DNA of 24,000 nucleotides from Glaciihabitans sp. INWT7 (GTDB lineage Bacteria; Actinomycetota; Actinomycetes; Actinomycetales; Microbacteriaceae): NCBI RefSeq assembly GCF_014217685.1, contig NZ_CP043653.1, positions 476,419 to 500,418 of the forward strand, read 5' to 3'. Shown piece by piece: positions 23,645 to 24,000 of this stretch (position 1 is its first letter; each line of letters starts with the position of its first letter). The notes under the pieces were generated by a model. It saw only the letters and a program-made list of their open reading frames with translations, ran no database searches and was not told where the DNA came from. The position numbers and the translations under genes were made by a program.

Positions 23645-24000
23645 TTGGATTCTCCTTCTACGGACTCGAACACTCCGTTGGGACGCTGGGCGGTCGCGAG
23701 CAAGGTCTCGGTGATGACATCGACGGGGATGGTGGAAGGAGGCTCGACCACGTGGATCTCGCCGGTAGAGGTGGGGATGTTGCCGAGCGCACCGAGCAGA
23801 GTCACTCGCGGGATGACACCGAGGAGTCGGTGCCGCGCATCGACGACGGCGACGGCGAGGGAGCTCTCGACGGCAGCCTCGAACAACTCGGACAACGCGG
23901 TCTCCCCGCTGACCGAACTGACCTTGCGCACGACGGGCACCAGGTCCGTCTCCGAACTCTTCACCAGCCGCATCACGTCGCGGTCACGCACGACCCCGAG
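23641..24000 (-). CDS. opuAA: glycine betaine ABC transporter ATP-binding protein, C-terminal CBS-domain part only (5' end outside window)
   Basis: The frame stays open to nt 24000. The visible 119 aa (..LAVAVVDARHRLLGVIPRVTLLGALG..) look like the tandem-CBS regulatory tail of OpuAA/ProV. Confidence 0.75.
   Translation of the reverse strand, partial: LGVVRDRDVMRLVKSSETDLVPVVRKVSSVSGETALSELFEAAVESSLAVAVVDARHRLLGVIPRVTLLGALGNIPTSTGEIHVVEPPSTIPVDVITETLLATAQRPNGVFESVEGESK

Noticed and set aside
1-24000. CRISPR arrays, rRNA, retron/DGR-type repeats
   Set aside because: I found no regularly spaced short direct repeats and no rRNA-like segments. The only exact long repeat is the 44-bp att pair, plus the IS inverted repeats.

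Overview
High-GC actinobacterial chromosome segment in three parts. (1) 1-12485 is the right-hand portion of a pSAM2-type actinomycete integrative conjugative element (AICE). It carries a RepSA initiator (open-ended ORF, absent from the supplied ORF track), an FtsK/SpoIIIE-type TraB translocase, a Pra-like activator and an AT-rich tandem palindromic operator. Behind these lies a lower-GC cargo of defence/addiction genes: a type II 5mC R-M with Vsr, a stand-alone OLD-family ATPase-Toprim nuclease, Phd/RelE, and an uncharacterised three-gene operon. That operon is translationally coupled (Zn-finger HNH-like protein, very acidic 358-aa repeat protein, 76-aa protein) and is my best candidate for an undescribed system. 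(2) 12442-15079 is a 2.6-kb decayed islet bounded by perfect 44-bp direct repeats that correspond exactly to nt 32-75 of a tRNA-Thr(CGU). It holds an orphan 285-aa ORF, a tyrosine-integrase remnant and an IS3-family IS. (3) 15080-24000 is ordinary core genome: dienelactone hydrolase, ArsR, NTF2-like protein, NhaA, MarR, class A PBP, and an OpuA-type betaine ABC transporter. I saw no CRISPR array, rRNA or intact tRNA. All family calls come from motif recognition by eye; no searches were run.
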